Positions 25,935 through 39,079 of a stretch of DNA of 64,000 nucleotides are shown here, piece after piece (the stretch's first letter is position 1; the number at the start of each line of letters is the position of its first letter). Both the position numbers and the translations under genes were made by a program. Below the pieces are notes generated by a model. It had not been told where the DNA came from, did not search any database, and was given only the letters and a program-made list of their open reading frames with translations. Source of the DNA: Squalus acanthias (Eukaryota); assembly GCA_030390025.1 (NCBI GenBank), contig CM059431.1:103666001-103730000 (forward strand). The letters run 5' to 3'.

Positions 25935-26301
25935 GAGAGGGCTGCCCACTGAGCCACGGCCGACACTGACTACCTGTGAGGCATCCATCTCTGATGCTTT
26001 TAAAAGGTAAAATGAAGATGGCATATTTAAGTGGCAAATTGTGTATATTCAATTTCGATTCTGTCGCGAGTGTGTTTAATTAGTTCTGGCTATGTTCAGT
26101 TTTTGTCCCCCCTAAGGCAAGCTGGTGGAATTTGAATAGAATCAAGCACTGAAACAGAAGGTGGGCTTTTCTCTGATTACTTTGCTGTATGAAACCAAAA
26201 TTCTTCAGTAATACATCGTGTACATAATTTCAGCATGTAAACATAACACTTCGTACAAGCTCTAACTATTGAGGAGAAGCTTTTATTTAAATTGTGTATA
26301 A

Positions 26302-26745
26302 TGTGACTCAGTGGGTAGTCCAAAGTTTGTGGGTTCATAGTCCCACTCCTTGAAACTTGAGCACAAAATTCTAGGCTGACACACCCAGCTGAGGGAGTGC
26401 TGCACTGTCGGAGGTGCCGTCTTTTGGACGAGACGTTAAACCAAGGCCCCGTCTGCTCTTTCAGGTGGACGTGAAAGATCCCATGGCACTATTTTTAAGA
26501 ATAGCAGGGGGGAGTTCTCCCCGGTGTCCTGGGCCAATATTTATCCCTCAATCGACATCACAAAAACAGATTATCTGGTCATTATCACATTGCTGTTTCT
26601 GGGAGCTTGCTGTGCGCAAATTGGCTGCCCTGTTTCCCACATTACAACAGTGACTCCACTTCAAAAAGTACTTCATTGGCTGTAAAGCACTTTGAGACGT
26701 CCGGTGGTCGCGAAAAGTGCTATAGAAATACATGTCTTTCTTTCT
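26302..26745 (+). mobile_element. SacSINE1-like SINE
   Basis: Near full-length match to the other copies. Confidence 0.85.
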
Positions 26746-28969
26746 TTAAAAGTGGTACTGATTCTGAGTCTGACTAACCACAATAAAAAGGTACAGACTG
26801 CTTTAAGCACGCTGCATAATTTGGACTGGTCCATCAGCAAGTATGTGTCAGATTGGCTTCGGCCTAAACTCTGAAACTTAATGGGGGGGAAATCGTTGAA
26901 CCGGACAGAATCAGTCTGAATCCTGACTGAATGTTACTCCAAGCCACCAGGATTACTTTGCGTAAACTTTACAGGAATGGTAGCATAGTGGTTATGTTAC
27001 TGGACTAGTAATTCTCGAGGCCTGGACTAATGATCCAGGTAGACGTGAGTTCAAATCCCACCATGACTGCGGGAGGAATTTAAATTCAGTTAATTAAATA
27101 AATCTGGTTTAAAGAAACAAGCTATTAGTAAAGGTGATCCATGAAACTACTGGATTGTTGCAAAAAACCCATCTGGCTCACTAATGTCCTTTAGGTGAAG
27201 GAAATCTGCTGTCCTTACCTGGTCTGGCCTATATGTGACTCTGGACCCACAGCAATGTGGTTGACTCTGATAATGGCCTAGTTGTACCAAATCTCTATGA
27301 CAAAGTCAGCTTCTGTGGAAGTACCTTCACCACAAGGACTGCAGCAGTTCAAGAAGGAGGCTCACCACCACCTTGGGATGGGCAATAAATGCCAGCGACG
27401 CCCACATCCCGTGAACGAATACTTTTTTTTCGGCTGTGCAAATATTGCCACGGAGATATGCGGCAAAGAAATTCAGGCGGCAGGAAGCCGTTACCAAGGA
27501 CCTGTGCGAACGTGGAACGTTCCCCGGCAGACAGGTAAGTGGAGGGAGGGGGGGGGGGGGGTGGGTGGCGGGGGCAAGGGGAGGCCCAAGGTTTCCTTGT
27601 GGGACCCTTGGAGGTCTCCGGGCGTGATTGACGGGGGAATTACCCAATCATCTCCGTTCTGGCTGGGACTTGTGGTGTCGCTATACGCAGCCTTTAAAAT
27701 CTGGTGCACTTGCTGAGTGCGGTTAGCCATGCTACGATCACTTAACCATGGGGTCACTTGACCATGCAGGCCATTTCAAGTTTAAATGCACCACCTCCCG
27801 CCACCCCTAGCTTTTGTCTCCTTAGCAACCCTGGACACTGGAACACAATACTGTTCCTAGTATTGCTGAGACAGTAATAAAGAAGGATAAGTCAGATGAA
27901 GTATTGCCTTCATTAGCATGCAATTTGAATATGCTCACCCAAATATGGACAGGCATATACAGTGTTCAGTCTTCTGAGGAAGATCCCGGAAGTGGTGGAG
28001 ACTGACAGAGAGTAGAATGGCCCCCCCACCACTTAATTTATCCCCCTGCCCAGCCCAATACAGCCTGACAACGGGCAGTAAAGGGGAATAAAATACAGCT
28101 CATAAGTTTTTAACATCATTAAGTTATTTTACTATTACCATCAACAAATCAGAAGATAGAAGATCGGCTAGAAAATAGCACTCTGCGTGAGTCAAGCCAG
28201 GATCTGCTGCGATCGATACCTGCCTGATTTCCCAGCCTTTGTCAAGCCCAGTGAGCACTGGTGGGAATGTTCCTGTCAATTGGAAAATCTGCTCTGAGGT
28301 TCTTAATTAAATCGGAGATGGAGCCTATGTTGCTGAAGGATTTTTGCAGTTGTTCAGCATTGTGTAGGTCAGTGGAGACACTTTGTAAACACTGTCTGCT
28401 AGTTAAGGCTCAGAGGCACATCAGAACAGGAGTAGGCCATTCAGCCTCTAAAGCCTGTCCTTCCATTCAATAAGATCACGGCTGATCTGTACCTTAACTC
28501 CAGTTACCCGCCTTGGTTCCGTAACACTTAATACCCTCGCCTAACAAAAATCTATCAATCTCAGTTTTGAAATTTTCAATTGACCTCCCAGCCTCAACAG
28601 CTTTTTTGGGGAGAGAGTTCCAGATTTCTACTACCCTTTGTGTGAAGAAGTGCTTCCTGACATCAACCCTGAACGGCCTGGCTCCAATTTTAAGGTTATT
28701 GCCCCCCCACCCCCCGACCTCGTTCTGGACTCCCCCAACTGGAAGTAATTTGCATGTTGGAATAAACTGGCTCAGTGGTGCTCAAGAAGGTCGGACACCT
28801 TGCCTGGAAAGTAAGGGAGGAAAGATGTAAAAAAGTTATGCTTTCTGAGGAACTGCTCGCTATCAATAGGATTGACATATTCATGAACAGAATCTTTGAC
28901 GTTAACAATATTTAGCTGGATAGTGCCTGTCAGAAGGTTTCTGGGGAATATCAGGAGAGATGTACTGTA

Positions 28970-29510
28970 TTTTTTTTAATTCATTCACAGGATGTGGGCG
29001 TCGCTGGCAAGACCAGCATTTATTGCCCATCCCTAATTGCCCTTGAGAAGGTGGTGGTGAGCCACCTTCTTGAACCGCTGCAGTCCGTGTGGTGAAGGTA
29101 CTCCCACAGTGCTGTTAGGGAGGGAGTTCCAGGATTTTGACCCAGCGACAATGAAGGATCGGCCGATATACTTCCAAGTCAGGATGGTGTGTGACTTGGA
29201 GGGGAACTTGGAGGTGGTGGTGTTCCCATGCGCCTGCTGCCTTTGTCCTTCTAGGTGGGAGAGGTCGCGGGTTTGGGAGGTGCTGCCGAAGAAGCCTTGG
29301 CGAGTTGCTGCAGTGCATCTTGTAGATTGTACACACTGCAGCCACGGTGCGCCGGTGGTGGAGGGAGTGAATGTTTACGGTGGTGGATGTGGTGCCAATC
29401 AAGCGGGCTGCTTTGTCCTGGATGATGTCGAGCTTCTTGAGTGTTGTTGGAGCTGCACTCATCCAGGCAAGTGGAGAGTATTCCATCACACTCCTGACTC
29501 GTGCCTTGTT
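28970..29510 (-). mobile_element. LINE family B 3' fragment abutting a CR1 piece (29510-29655)
   Basis: Chimeric ORF 29115..29618 joins CR1 QRDLGVQIH to family B VRSVMEYSPLAW. Confidence 0.85.
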
Positions 29511-29756
29511 TGCTTCTTTTAAGACCTTATTAACTTGCGTCACTACGTTTAGTGATTTGTGTATCTGTACCCCTAGATCCCTTTGCTTGTCTACCCCATT
29601 TAGACTCTTATTTCCCAAGGAGTATGTGGCCTCCTTGTTCTTCCTATCAAAATGTTTGAGGCGGTGGATGGGGTGCCAATCGGAGGGGAGGAGGTAAAGT
29701 TGCTACTAACACAGAGTTACCAAACCAAAGCAAATATAGAGAAATTGAGAAACAAA

Positions 29757-29968
29757 TGTGAGAAGTCGCACAACACCAGGTTATAGTCCAACAGCTTTAT
29801 TTGAAATCACAAGCTTTCGGAGCGCTGCTCCTTCGTCAGGTGATGAAGAAGCAGCGCTCCGAATGCTTGTGATTTCAAATAAAGCTGTTGGACTATAACC
29901 TGGTGTTGTGCGACTTCTCACATTTGTCCACCCCAGTCCAACACCGGCATCTCCACATCATGGCTACT
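29757..29968. mobile_element. Penelope-like palindromic insertion (family A)
   Basis: Inverted arms centred near 29843; 13-bp direct repeat ATTGAGAAACAAA (29744-29756, 29969-29981). Confidence 0.8.
29807..29843 (-). ncRNA. Minimal type I hammerhead ribozyme motif (family A)
   Basis: UCAC-CUGACGA-A-GGAGC agc GCUCC-GAAA-GC-UU-GUGA: core boxes, stem I, stem II and a loopless palindromic stem III. Confidence 0.75.
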
Positions 29969-30492
29969 ATTGAGAAACAAAGGCAGAAGAGGGAGAAAGA
30001 AAATAATGAAAGGCTAAATATTTTAATATGAATCTTGGAATATATTTTTGAAGATTGTGGAACTGGTTACATGCATGTTGGGACAGGTACACTGTAACTA
30101 CAGTATGAACATTGTAAGTATGAGAGTGTAATGGTTATGATATTGGACTAACAACCTAAAGATCATTGCAGGTCAATTTTGCAGGGGCTTCTCTGTCGTA
30201 ATGTCCGTGGAAGATCCGCAGAGCCATTTCTCCAGGGTTTCCGTAGATCTGCTGGTGAAGTTATGGTGGATGATGGGGAGAAGCCCTGTGAAAAGTCAAT
30301 CCCCGATATGTTTAAATTCCCCCTCGATGGTGAGTTGTGAAACTGAGTTCGATGAAATTTGGTCATTTGTGGGCGCGTGCCAGATGAATGATCATGCCAG
30401 CCACCAGCTTGCTGTAAACACCCACAGGTTTCACACCTACATCTGGCCTACAAGTGACTCTAGTCCACACTAAGAGGTTGATTTACTTCAGT

Positions 30493-30930
30493 GATGTGGA
30501 GAGACTGGAGAAGCTGAGAATGTTCTCCTTAGAGCAGAGAAGGTTGAGGGGAGATTTAATAGAGGTGTTGAAAATTATTGGGGTTTTGCTCGACTAGATA
30601 GGGAGAAACTGTTTCCACTAGCAGGTGGGTCGGTAACTAAAGGACACAGATTTTAAAAAATTGACAAAAAAACAGAGGGGGGTGGGGAGGAGAATTTTTT
30701 TTACGCAGTGAGTTGTTGTGATCTGGAATGCACTGCTTGAAAGGGCAGTGGAAACAGATTCAATAGTAACTTTCAAAAGGGAATTGGATAAATACTTGAA
30801 AAGGAGAAATTTACAGGGCTACGGGGAAAGAGCAGGGGGGAGAGTGTGACTAATTGGAGAGCTCTTTCAGAGAGCCGGCACAGGCACAATGGGCCGAATG
30901 GCCTCCTTCTGTGCTGTATGATTGTATGAT
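30493..30930 (+). mobile_element. CR1 3' fragment
   Basis: Similar to 2296-2710; TATGAT tail. Confidence 0.85.
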
Positions 30931-31245
30931 TTTTAATACCCTCTAAACGGGCATTTGCCAACATTGCCCATATCCTGAGAAGATAAAAGAAAGTCTTGAG
31001 ATTAAGTTTTGCAAATCTGTGCTCTGAGCACAAAGGTTTGCACCAGGAACATTATCGGGTCAGCAAGCCCCTCTGAACCTTATATCCGTTCACTTTAATT
31101 GGTATAGTCTCTTCTTTAGTTAGAGCAAAACACTGACTGAAAGATTTAAAGCGACGGTATATAGTTAACTCGGCGGTTAGAGAAGTGTACAGGAGAGGTG
31201 GCAAAGTAGATTTAGAATGATGTAGCCCTAAGAGAAAGAAATAAT

Positions 31246-31998
31246 GGCCCGGAATTTGCGGTTGCAATGACGGTGAAACTGTCAGCACTCGGCGCCGTTA
31301 CTGTGTAAAACTGACAGCAACTTCTGGCGTCCGCAAGTGCGCAGTTAAACGCGGAAATCCGCAAGTTGCTGTCAGTGATACCCCGCCTCTCCACAGGGTG
31401 CATTGTTGCAGCGATCGCAGATGCAATCAAAACAGAATCAGTCAGTGAACTGAACTTCAACTTTTTGCGAACTATTCCCGTTGTAAAAGCCATTGAAAAT
31501 GTTAAGCCTTGCTGAATGAGGTGTAACTGAGTTTTTAACGGCATACTAAGTCATAATTACTGCTGAGCAACCTCTCTGGAGTCCTACAGATGTGACAGCT
31601 CATTCCCTCCTGAACATCATTTAAAAATTCCATGATTTTTAAAATAATTAAAATTAACTTTTTTTTAAAAGTTTGTATATGGTCTTTCAGCTTCTCCCTT
31701 AATCCCATGGGTATGTCCCAATCTTTATTTTGCTTTCTGTACAATGATTCAAAATGTAAATTATAATCCCTGCTTTTTACTTCCTGCTTTGCTGTCTGTG
31801 AGAATTCTTAAACCTGATTGGCTGATCAGCCAGCCTGCTGCCTGCACTGTTGCTAGACGCCACAGATGGCGCCAAATTGAAAGTCACATCGGAAAAGAGG
31901 AAATCCACGTTCTAAAGGCTGCTAAATCTTTGCGGGCAGCTTTTTTCAAGGTCAGCGGTGAGCGTCATCCCTTCTTCGCTGACCGCAAAATTCGGGCC
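31246..31998. mobile_element. MITE, probably Harbinger-type
   Basis: TIR GGCCCGGAATTTGCGGT / ACCGCAAAATTCGGGCC (15/17); no clean TSD. Confidence 0.7.
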
Positions 31999-32594
31999 GT
32001 TGTAAGCGTTTGAGCTGAGACGGTCATGGTCAAAGGTAAGGAATTCTTCAGGAAAGGAAGGCGGGGGATGAAATTGGTGGACAAAAAATTTAAAAAGCAG
32101 AAAAGGTGTTTTTGTTATATAACTTGTGGAGAGGAGAAGATAGCAGGAAGGAAAGATTATTGTAGATAAGGGAGCTCTGTAAAAAAGGCCAGAAGATTGA
32201 TTATCGGGGATTTCAATTATCCAGATACTGACTGTGGTAACAGGAGTGGTAAATAAGAAAGACTCATTTTAGAGAGCTTGTGCATCATTACCTTGTACAC
32301 AACTTGTTGAATGGCCAGGAAGGTCAGAATCTATTCTAGATATAATCATAAGAGAGTAGTGGAACATTTAGACTGCAATGTTCATAATAACATCAGACAA
32401 TGAAGGCATGCTGATAGGACAAGAAGAGAAAAAAAATATTGGAGTTTAAAGGGTTTTGATGGAATGTGAAATGAGTTGAAGGAAGTTCACTGTAATTCAA
32501 CAACGAATGCATCACCGAGAGTGTGAAATGGAGAACTGTTCAAGAAACAACTTGAGAAGCTGTAATCAAATGTCACAGGAAAGTCAAAAGTTAG

Positions 32595-33628
32595 TTTTAT
32601 TTATTTGTTCCTGTGATGTGGGCGTCGCCAGCGGGGCCAGCATTTATTGCCCATTCCAAATTGCCCCTTGAGAAGGTGGTGGTGAGCCGCCTTCTTGAAC
32701 CGCTGCAGTCCGTGTGGTGAAGGTGCTCCCACAGTGCTGTTAGGGAGGGAGTTCTAGGATGTTGACCCAGCGGCGATGAAGGATCGGCGATATATTTCCA
32801 AGTCAGGATGGTGTGTGACTTGGAGGGGAACTTGGAGGTGGTGGTGTTCCCATGAGCCTGTTGACCTTATCCTTCTAGGTGGTAGAGGTCGAGGGTTTGG
32901 GAGTACAGCAATGAAAGTTAAGGTTGTTAAATAGGGATGTGCAGAATAGTATGAGGGGCAAACAGAATGACAAGGGCAGCAGGAGCATGGGAACACCACC
33001 ACCTCCAAGTTCCCTTCCAAGTCACACAACACACTGACTTGGAAATATATCGCCGTTCCTTCATCGTCGCTGGGTCAAAATCCTGGAACTCCCTCCTTAA
33101 CAGCACTGTGGGAATACCTTCACCACACGGACTGCAGCGTTTCAAGAAGGCGGCTCACCGCCACCTTCTCAAGGGCAATTAGGGATGGGCAATAAATGCT
33201 GGCATTGCCAGCGATGCCCACATCCCATGAATGAATGAATGAATGAATAAAAAAAACAATGAAGGATCGGCGATATACTTCCAAGTCAGGACGTTGTGTG
33301 ACTTGGAGGGGAACTTGGAGGTGGTGGTGTTCCAATGCGCCTGCTGCCCTTGTCCTTCTAGGTGGAAGAGGTTGTGGATTTGGGAGGTGCTGCCGAAGAA
33401 GCCTTGGCGAGTTGCTGCAGTGCATCTTGTACACACTGCAGCCACGGTATGCCGATGGTGGAGGGAGTGAATGTTTAAGGTGGTGGATGGGGTGCGAAAC
33501 AAGCGGGCTGCTTTGTCCTGGATGGTGTTGAGCTTCTTGAGTGTTGTTGGGAGCTGCAATCATCCAGGCAAGTGGAGAGTATTCCATCACACTCCTTACT
33601 TGTGCCTTGTAGATGGTGGAAAGGCTTT
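32595..33628. mobile_element. Three LINE family B fragments in -/+/- orientation (32595-32902, 32967-33250, 33258-33628)
   Basis: Overlapping family sequence on alternating strands. Confidence 0.85.
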
Positions 33629-33788
33629 TTTGTGAGGGTTACTGTACCATACGTCCAAGACCAACAGCGGGGAGTTTGCAATTACCCGCCAATTTCCCTC
33701 ATCCATTGTGGGGGGAATCTCCTCCATTATACTGGAAAATGAAGTTCCATTGTATGTGCAGTAGACAAAGGGTTAAATAAAACATTTA

Positions 33789-34085
33789 TACAAAAGCAAA
33801 ATACTGCATTACCATCTCCTTTTGCTTCGTACAATTATACCTTTTGTCATTTAAACTCTCCTGCCTTCCACCCGATCACAGACCTTCCCTTTTGTTCTTT
33901 CCTCCCCTCCTCCCCTCTTTCCCTGCCCCTGCACTTGCTTAAAATCTGCTGTATCTCTAACTTATTCCAGTTCTGACGAAAGGTCATCGACCTGAAACGT
34001 TAACTCTGTTTCTCTCTCTCTCTCTCTCTCTCCACAGATGCTGCCTGACCCACTGAGTGTTTCCAGCATTTTCTGTTTTTATTAA
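33789..34085 (+). mobile_element. Penelope-like fragment (family B)
   Basis: Homologous to 49067-49450; contains hammerhead; AAAACATTT occurs on both flanks. Confidence 0.7.
33969..34005 (+). ncRNA. Minimal type I hammerhead ribozyme motif (family B)
   Basis: AGUU-CUGACGA-A-AGGUC auc GACCU-GAAA-CG-UU-AACU. Confidence 0.75.
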
Positions 34086-34579
34086 GGAAAACATTTGTCC
34101 AGTTAAAAATAAAAAAATGGACAACTGAAATTAAGCTACAATTAAATAAAAGGTTTGTTAAAACTTTAACTTTGCATATTGTTTAAGAAGGGAGAGGTTG
34201 TAGGTTTGCCTCAGCCAGGAATCAGATTTCCAGAGCTGACAGAGGAGGAACTGGGCCACAGAGGAAAGGGTTGTCCAAATATTAAAGTAGGCAAAGCACC
34301 ACGCATGTCTAAAAAATACCAGCTTTAAAGGAAGTGAGCTTGTTCCCTTGTTCCATCCTTTTTTATCGTTTTCTACTTTTTTTTTCCTTCATGGTTCCAG
34401 CAACAGAACCCAATTCAAGTTGCAAAGATGAGGTTTACTAGCACGACAGAGGCGTGAGACCATCAACCTCAGGCACCAGGATGGGCGGCTGCAATCCCGT
34501 GTGAGGCTCCTGCCAAATCTGAGTGGGGTGGTAAGCATGAACTGGCGACAGGAAATATAGCGGGGCGGTGGGGGGGGGG

Positions 34580-35665
34580 GGGGACTCTCCACTGGCTGGA
34601 GTTATACCTAGCACAAAGGAAGATGGTTGTGGTGGTTGAAGGTCAATCATCACAGCCCCAGGGCATCGCTGCAGGAGTTCCTCAGGGCAGTGTCCTAGAC
34701 CCAACCATCTTCAGCTGCTTCATCAATGACCTTCCCTCCATCATAAGATCAGAAATGGGGATGTTCGCTGATGACTGCACAGTGTTTAGCGCCATTCACA
34801 ACTCCTCAGGTAATGAAGTAGTCCATGCCCGCATGCAACAAGACCTGGATGACATTCAGGCTTGGGCTGATAAGTGGCAGGTAACATTCGCGCCACAGAA
34901 GTGGCAGGCAATGATTATCTCCAACAAGCGAGAGTCTAACCACCGCCCCTTGACATTCAATGGCATTACCATCACCGAATCCCCCACCATCAACATCCTG
35001 GGGGTCACCATTGACCAGAAACTTAACTGGACCAGCCACATAAATACTGTGACAACAAGAGCAGGTCAGAGACTAGATATTCTGCGGCGAGTGTCTCACC
35101 TCCTGACTCCACAAAGCCTTTCCACCATCTACAAGGCACAAGTCAGGAGTGTGATGGAATACTCTCCACTTGCCTGGATGAGTGCAGCTCCAACAACACT
35201 CAAGAAGCTCGACACCATCCAGGACAAAGCAGCCCGCTTGATCGGCACCCCATCCACCACCTTAAACATTCACTCCCTCCACCACCGGCGCACCGTGGCT
35301 GCAGTGTGTACCATCTACAAGATGCACTGCAGCAACTCGCCAAGGCTTCTTCGGCAGCACCTCCCAAACCCACGACCTCTTCCACCTAGAAGGACAAGGG
35401 CAGCAGGCGCATGGGAACACCACCACCTCCAAGTCACACACCATCCTGACTTAGAAGTATATCGGCTGATCCTTCATCGTCGCCGGGTCAAAATCCTGGA
35501 ACTCCCTCCCTAACAGCACTGTGGGAGCACCTTCAACGCACGGACTGCAGCGGTTGAAGAAGGAGGCTCACCACCACTTTCTGAAGGGCAACTAGGGATG
35601 GACAATAAATGCTGGCATTGCCAGCGGCGCCCACATCCCATGAACGAATAAATAAAAATAAAAAA
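34580..35665 (+). mobile_element. CR1-group LINE family B, 5'-truncated RT fragment
   Basis: 296-aa ORF: GVPQGSVL.P..F..FINDL, MFADD, IYKAQVRSVMEYSPLAW; ATGAA/A-rich tail. Confidence 0.9.
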
Positions 35666-36269
35666 ATGTGTACATGAAAGGTGCAAGGTTCTCGACAAAC
35701 ATTCATGAGGGAAGACAGTTGCAACTACTCCAGCTGGAAAAAAAATTAACCGTCATCTTGCCAAAGACCGATCCCAAATGGCCAGAAGAAATGCATCGCA
35801 GAGAACGGAGCTGCTTTGATTTGGCAGTTAAATTCCTACTGATGAAAAGGTCCTGTGCCTTTATACTAACACCATCCAAATAACAGGCTGAACAGGGGGT
35901 GTAATCTTGCAACGCAAACTTCAAAAGGGGTCAATTTTCTGTGCCTTTGGCGGGGTCCCACAACCACTGGAAGCACAGATTGGGAATTTAGCCACACTCT
36001 GTGCACAACTTTCCCACCGTTAATTGTCAGCAGATCTTGACTCGGCGGTGCCTACATTTCCGATACATGCTCCCAGTGGTCAAGGCTCTGCACCTGGAGC
36101 ACAGAGTCAGAAAATTACATGCTAGAAGTTAACTTTATCAAGTGCATACTGTTAATTGTGGAAAATGAACCCAGCTAAGGTGCTGATACTGTAATTCTGT
36201 TATATTGTATGAAGTTGAAACCCAATAATGCTCTGCTTTCATATTTATTGCAAGGGGGTTGGAGTAAAA

Positions 36270-36740
36270 AGAAAAAGAAAGACTTGCATTTCTATAGCGC
36301 CTTTCACGACCACCGGACGTCTCAAAGCACTTTACAGCCAATGAAGTCCTTTTTTGGAGTGTAGTCACTGTTGTAATGTGGGAAATGTGGCAGCCAATCG
36401 CACACAGCAAGCTCCCACAAACAGCAATGTGATAATGACCAGACAATCTGGTTTTTTTGTTAAGGGATAAATATTGACCAGGACACTGGGGAGAACTCCC
36501 CTGCTCTTCTTCGAATTTGTGCCATGGGATCGTTTACATCCATTTAAGAGAGCAGACGAGGCCTCGGTTTAACATCTCATCTGAAGGACGACATTTCTGA
36601 CAGTGCAGCACTCCCTCAGCACTGCACTGGAGTGTCAGCCTAGCTTTATGTGCTATAAGTTCCTTGGAGTGGAACTTGAACCCACAGCCGATTTCTGACT
36701 CAGAGGTGAGGGTGCTACCAACTGAGCCACAGCTGACACT
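36270..36740 (-). mobile_element. SacSINE1-like SINE
   Basis: Full-length reverse copy. Confidence 0.85.
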
Positions 36741-38308
36741 CCAAGGATAAAGGTTCAGCCATTTAAGACTGAGATGAAGAGGAATTTCTTCACTCACAGG
36801 ATTGTGAATCTTTGGATTTCTCTACCCCAGAGGGCTGTGGATGCTCAGTCATTGAGTATATTCAAGGCTGAGATCGATAGATTTTTGGACTCTAGGGGAA
36901 TTAAGGGATATGGGGATCGGGCGGGAAAGTGGAGTTGAGGTTGAAGATCAGTAATGATCTTATTGAATGGCCTCCTCCTGCTCCTAATTCTTATGTTCTT
37001 AAAATCAAGTTTATTGTTGTGCTTTTACATATAATTACATAGCAAATTAATGGCCATATGTTCAGAAGAGCATTCATTTATCGGCGACATATGTTCAACT
37101 GCTTGCGATTTATTACTATGCATCTGTTAAACTGGAGGTGGGGGCTTCTTTTTGGGAATTATTATCAGGTGCACAAATCATCCATTCCGGGGTTAGAAAA
37201 TGTGTATTCATGTGACCAATTAGTGCAACGTTTTTTCAGAAATGTTGGTTAGGAATTTCACAAAGGTGATGTTAAATAGAAAAGACTGTACAGTTCTGAA
37301 GAAATCTATTGTGCTCCCAGAATATAAGAACGTAGGAAATAGGAGCAGGAGTCGGCCATACGACCCATCGAGCCTGCTCCGCCATTCAATAAGATCATGG
37401 CTGATCTTCGACCTCAACTCCACTTTCCCACCCTATCTCCATATTCCTTGATTCCCTTAGCGTCCCAAAATCTATCGAACTCAGTCTTGAACATATTCAG
37501 CGACTGAGCCCTCTGCAAGAGTTCTAAAGATTCACAACCCTCTGGGGGTTTATGAACACTATTCATAAATAATGAAGAACATTTTAGTAATCTACCAATA
37601 CACATCATATGATTTAGCTATACATATCAAAGTCCTGCACCAAACATGCATCCGTAGTGTATAGGTAAATGTATGTCACACCTGAAAGTGTCATATATCT
37701 GGTCATTATCACATTGCTGTTTGGGGGAGCTTGCTGTGCGCAAATTGGCTGGTGCATTTCCTACATTACAAAAAGTGACTCCACTTCATAAAGTACTTCA
37801 TTGGCTGTAAAGCGTTTTGGGACGCCCTGAGGTCGTGAATGGTGCTATAGAAATGCAAGTCTTTCTTTTTCCTTTTACCTGTTTTGCGTCCCTATTAAGG
37901 CCTATTAAGTACTAGGATATATCTAGCAGCCATTTACTAATAACTTACAATTCACTGGCGCAAGTGAATCAATGTAGACTGTGTGCAATTTGGTGCGCTC
38001 TTCTTTCAAAAGTTCACTGATGCACTGGGGATCACAGAAGAGAGGTAAGGTAGACTCCGAGGCTTGGAGCTCCAAGTTATGAAGAGAGTCTTACAGAACT
38101 GAAGTTGTTTTCATTGGATAGACGAAGACTGAGTGGGGCACATGACCCCAGTCTTTAACTGGCTGAGCAAAGTGGATAATGGCGATATATGAAGATTACC
38201 TAACTAAAGATTTGAGTATAAAATGGAAAGCCTCAAGTCTCTTGCGGGACTGACTTTACAAAATTCCCAGTGCAAAGCCTCACCAGGGACAACATATTGA
38301 AAATTCTA

Positions 38309-38720
38309 GCAACAACAGCAACCTGCATTCATACAGCGCCTTTAACGTAGTAAAACATCCCAAGGTGATTCACAGGAGCGATTATCAAACAAAATTTGAC
38401 ACCGAGCCACATAAGGAGATATTAGGACAGGCGATCAAAAGCTTGGCCAAAGAGGTAGGTTTTAAGGAGCGTCTTAAAGGAGGAGAGAGAGAGAGAGGCG
38501 GAGAGGTTTAGGGAGGGAATTCCAGAGCTTAGGGCCTCGGCAGCTGAAGGCACGGCCGCCAATGGTGGAGCGAAGAAAATCGGGGATGCGCAAGAGGCCA
38601 GAATTGGAGGAGCGCAGAGATCTCGGTGGGGTTGTAGGGCTGGAGGAGGTTACAGAGATAGGGAGGGGACGAGGCCATGGAGGGGTTTGAAAACAAGGAT
38701 GAGTAGTTTTAAATGGAAGT
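38309..38720 (-). mobile_element. L2 3' fragment
   Basis: GGRAFSC.GPKLWNSLP. Confidence 0.88.
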
Positions 38721-39079
38721 GTTGCTGGAAGCACACGCTTCCCACAATTTCCAGCCACTATAATGAATAGACAGGAAATAATGGCCCAGATTTTTCTGGG
38801 CTGATGACAGCGTACGCATAAAGCACGCCGTCGTAAGCCTTGTAAACGGCCCCGCAAGTTCCGGGTTTCCACATACGCTGCGCATGCGCGAAAACCCGGA
38901 ACTTGCGATATGTCAAGGTTCGCCTGGACAAATCATACGAACCGACCCAAAAATCACTTTCGCTGGCACAGAGTTGAGCTATTTGCCCAACTACTGCCCG
39001 CGAAACCCTTACACCTGGTAAAAGCGGGCGTAGGGCCTGATTTCACCAGTGTAAGGGTTAATATAATTGTTAAATTATT

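Larger units (their letters stand above)
23752..25967 (-). mobile_element. SacSINE1-like 5' part (23752-23850 plus 25935-25967), split by the ORF1-only element
   Basis: B box on the left and A box on the right of the insertion. Confidence 0.75.
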
